The notes beneath the pieces were generated by a model. That model was not told the DNA's origin. It saw nothing but the letters and a program-made list of their open reading frames with translations, and did not search any database. This document shows, in pieces, positions 62,179 to 64,000 of a DNA stretch of 64,000 nucleotides. Position 1 is the first letter of the stretch. Every line of letters begins with the position of its first letter. Source of the DNA: an uncultured Acidimicrobiia bacterium (GTDB lineage Bacteria; Actinomycetota; Acidimicrobiia; Spongiisociales; JAOTWH01); assembly GCA_964195995.1 (NCBI GenBank), contig CAXMQS010000036.1, forward strand, positions 100,961-164,960. Reading direction: 5' to 3'. Position numbers and translations under genes: made by a program.

Positions 62179-62636
62179 CGCAGCGCCCTCCGTCTCATGT
62201 GAAAGGTGGCGAGCACAATCCCCCCCACCATTCCCATGAATCCGATCACGCCAAGGGGATCGCCTGCACCGACACGCAAAGACAACCGGGTGGAGCATCC
62301 CGCGGCGAGCAGCCCGAAGTTCATCACGAGGAAGCCGTTGACGAAACTGCGCAACGCATTGCGGGGCCAGCGGAACCGAAACTCCCCGCTCGCGTGCGCG
62401 GCGATGGAGGCACCGATCACCACTCCGACCACGGTGAGCAGTGGGAAGACAAGCGAAGCGGGCGCCACCGTGAGACGAGTCCCGGCCGCATCGTTGATGA
62501 TCCAATTGACGAGGTCCCGTCCGTGGCACGCCATGCACACGCCGTAGGCCTCCGGGGGTCGGACCTCGAAGAGCGTTCCGGCGGCAACGGCGGCGATGGC
62601 CATGATGATCCCGGCCTGGAGGCCGGTGATCGGCAT
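62175..62636 (-). CDS. YeeE/YedE-family sulfur/selenium transport protein (first half-size subunit)
   Basis: YGVCMACHGRD and LLAAGCSTRL motifs with TM segments. Start set to ATG 62636. Confidence 0.7.
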   Translation of the reverse strand: MPITGLQAGIIMAIAAVAAGTLFEVRPPEAYGVCMACHGRDLVNWIINDAAGTRLTVAPASLVFPLLTVVGVVIGASIAAHASGEFRFRWPRNALRSFVNGFLVMNFGLLAAGCSTRLSLRVGAGDPLGVIGFMGMVGGIVLATFHMRRRALR

Positions 62637-62665
62637 CCACCGCGTGTGGACGGCCCGCCGGTCAC

Positions 62666-62944
62666 TCACCTCGAACGCCTCCACCGGCGCGGACGTGACG
62701 CCGCTTCCCACTGGTCCGTCCTGGGGCGATACTCCATGACAGAGTCGATCTCGACGTTCTTGGCGGAGAGCACCTCGAGTGCCAGGTCACGGCGATCGTG
62801 CTCGAAGCGAACTGCAGTGCCGCAGTTGGGGCTCAGGTCCTTTGGTCCGGGAACCAAGCGGGTCGTCATCCCGGCGGCGGTCAGCACCTTGTCGGCGCGG
62901 ATCGCGTGGTGCGACGCGGAGAAGGTGAGCAGGCCGTCAAGCAA
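62666..62944 (-). CDS. DUF3343-like small protein (putative S/Se carrier-associated)
   Basis: LLTFSASHHAIRADKVLTAAGMTTRLVPGPKDLSPNCGTAVRF fits the DUF3343 pattern. TTG start at 62944 overlaps the desulfurase stop. Confidence 0.65.
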   Translation of the reverse strand: MLDGLLTFSASHHAIRADKVLTAAGMTTRLVPGPKDLSPNCGTAVRFEHDRRDLALEVLSAKNVEIDSVMEYRPRTDQWEAASRPRRWRRSR

Positions 62945-64000
62945 GGCCCGCCGCCCAGGCCGCGATCTCAGAGACCGCATCGACGGCGTGATTGATCTCC
63001 TCCAGCGTGTTGTACGGGGAGAGGCCGAAACGCACGGTTCCAGTCGGGAACGTGCCAATCGTCATGTGGGCGCCGGGAGCGCAATGCAGGCCGGCTCGAC
63101 TCATGATGTCATAGCGCGTGTCGAGCAGGCCCCCCACTTCGGACGAGGCGAGGCGGTCAACGTTGAACGACAGCACCCCGCAGCGCTCGTCGATTGATAC
63201 CGGGCCGTACAGGGTGACCCCGTCGATGGCTTGCAACCCGTCCAGAAGCCGGTTCACGAGAGACCGTTCGTGGGCCGTGACTTCGTCCACCCCCATCCCG
63301 AGCAGATGACGCACTCCGGCGGCAAGGCCAGCGAAACCGGCAACGTTGAGCGTGCCGCTCTCGAACACGTCCGGCATGAAGTCGGGCTGGATATCGAGAT
63401 CGGACCGGCTGCCCGTCCCCCCTCGCATCAGCGGCATGGGATGGATGCCCTCCCTCACATATAGGCCGCCGGTCCCGGTGAGTCCCAAGAGGCTCTTGTG
63501 GCCGGTGAAGGCCACCAGGTCGAGGCCCGAGGCGGCGATGTCGATGGGAATCGCCCCGGCGGTCTGGGACGCATCAACCAGGTAGGGCACGCCTTCGTCT
63601 CGAGCGATGCCAGCGATCTCGGAGATGGGCAGCACTGTTCCCATCACGTTCGATCCGTGAAGGGTGACGATCAGGCGGGTCGACGGGCGCAGCGCCTCCC
63701 GCACCTGGTCGGGGTCGAGGGTGCCGTCTGGGGCACACGGCAGGACCGTGAGCGCGACGCCCTCAGATTCGAGGTGACGAAGAGGCCGCATGACCGAGTT
63801 GTGCTCAATGCTGGTCGTGATGGCGTGGTCGCCGGGAGATAACAGCCCGTAGACGGCGATGTTGAGGCTCTCGGTGGCGTTCTTGGTGAGAACGATCCGT
63901 GCCGGATCCCCCACCCCGAACATGTCACCGAGCAACTCCCGAGCGTCCTCGACGACCCGTGCCGCCGCCACGGACATGCGGTGGCCCGACCTACCCGGGT
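62937..64000 (-). CDS. class V aminotransferase, cysteine desulfurase/selenocysteine lyase-like (partial; 5' end beyond right window edge)
   Basis: PLP-lysine region AFTGHKSLLG, HCAPGAH near the C-terminus. The frame stays open to position 64000 (upstream residues ...PGRSGHRMSV match the family N-terminal region). Confidence 0.85.
   Translation of the reverse strand, partial: PGRSGHRMSVAAARVVEDARELLGDMFGVGDPARIVLTKNATESLNIAVYGLLSPGDHAITTSIEHNSVMRPLRHLESEGVALTVLPCAPDGTLDPDQVREALRPSTRLIVTLHGSNVMGTVLPISEIAGIARDEGVPYLVDASQTAGAIPIDIAASGLDLVAFTGHKSLLGLTGTGGLYVREGIHPMPLMRGGTGSRSDLDIQPDFMPDVFESGTLNVAGFAGLAAGVRHLLGMGVDEVTAHERSLVNRLLDGLQAIDGVTLYGPVSIDERCGVLSFNVDRLASSEVGGLLDTRYDIMSRAGLHCAPGAHMTIGTFPTGTVRFGLSPYNTLEEINHAVDAVSEIAAWAAGLA

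Noticed and set aside
62179-62640. N-terminal 154-aa extension of the 61759-62640 track ORF.
   Set aside because: The extension is Arg/His/Pro-rich and lies antisense-frame over the genuine upstream YeeE-family gene. The ATG at 62178, with an ATGA overlap, gives a normal half-size YeeE protein.

Overview
High-GC, actinobacterial-type chromosome segment; the gene order, an F420-type LLM enzyme and RNase J plus RNase Y suggest an Acidimicrobiia-like lineage, but that is inference. All product calls come from motif recognition by eye in the supplied translations; no search was run. Positions 1-27.2 kb are a conserved housekeeping block, mostly on the + strand with many overlapping stop/start junctions: arfB, M16 peptidase, dapB, dapA, rnj, ftsK, a 2-oxoacid dehydrogenase E1a/E1b/E2 set, rimO, cinA, thpR, recA (Cheo-type SOS box), rny, miaB, miaA, dapF, lexA (two SOS boxes) divergent from a small LysM protein, and dut. 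A tRNA-Gly/Cys/Val cluster lies at 27.2-27.5 kb. Downstream is a roughly 33 kb mosaic accessory region. (i) A tRNA-Val-adjacent integrative element carries integrase, XRE, excisionase-like HTH, PrimPol, a DUF3987-like protein and an iteron/hairpin-rich tail. (ii) A cassette-like array runs from 32.6 to 41.3 kb. A conserved ~53-nt repeat, always in one orientation, separates units: the first two intervals hold 2-3 genes, the last five hold one gene each. The first unit is a cyclase-STAND-TPR protein, and an integrase C-terminal fragment sits inside the array. (iii) A SIR2_2-family gene is bracketed by nested partial copies of one tRNA 3' half. (iv) An ion-homeostasis/stress cluster encodes CBS-USP, CaCA, Kef, a P-type ATPase, USPs, BON and DksA/TraR. 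(v) A ~5 kb segment with two more class III cyclases, cysK and an isochorismatase is bounded by duplicated pseudo-tRNA-Arg units. The window ends with a MerR locus and a YeeE/YedE-DUF3343-cysteine desulfurase cluster. The repeat-punctuated cassette array is the most unusual structure, followed by the tRNA-fragment-flanked SIR2 gene and the cyclase-STAND protein. No rRNA or CRISPR array was seen. Many long track ORFs antisense to real genes are high-GC artefacts.
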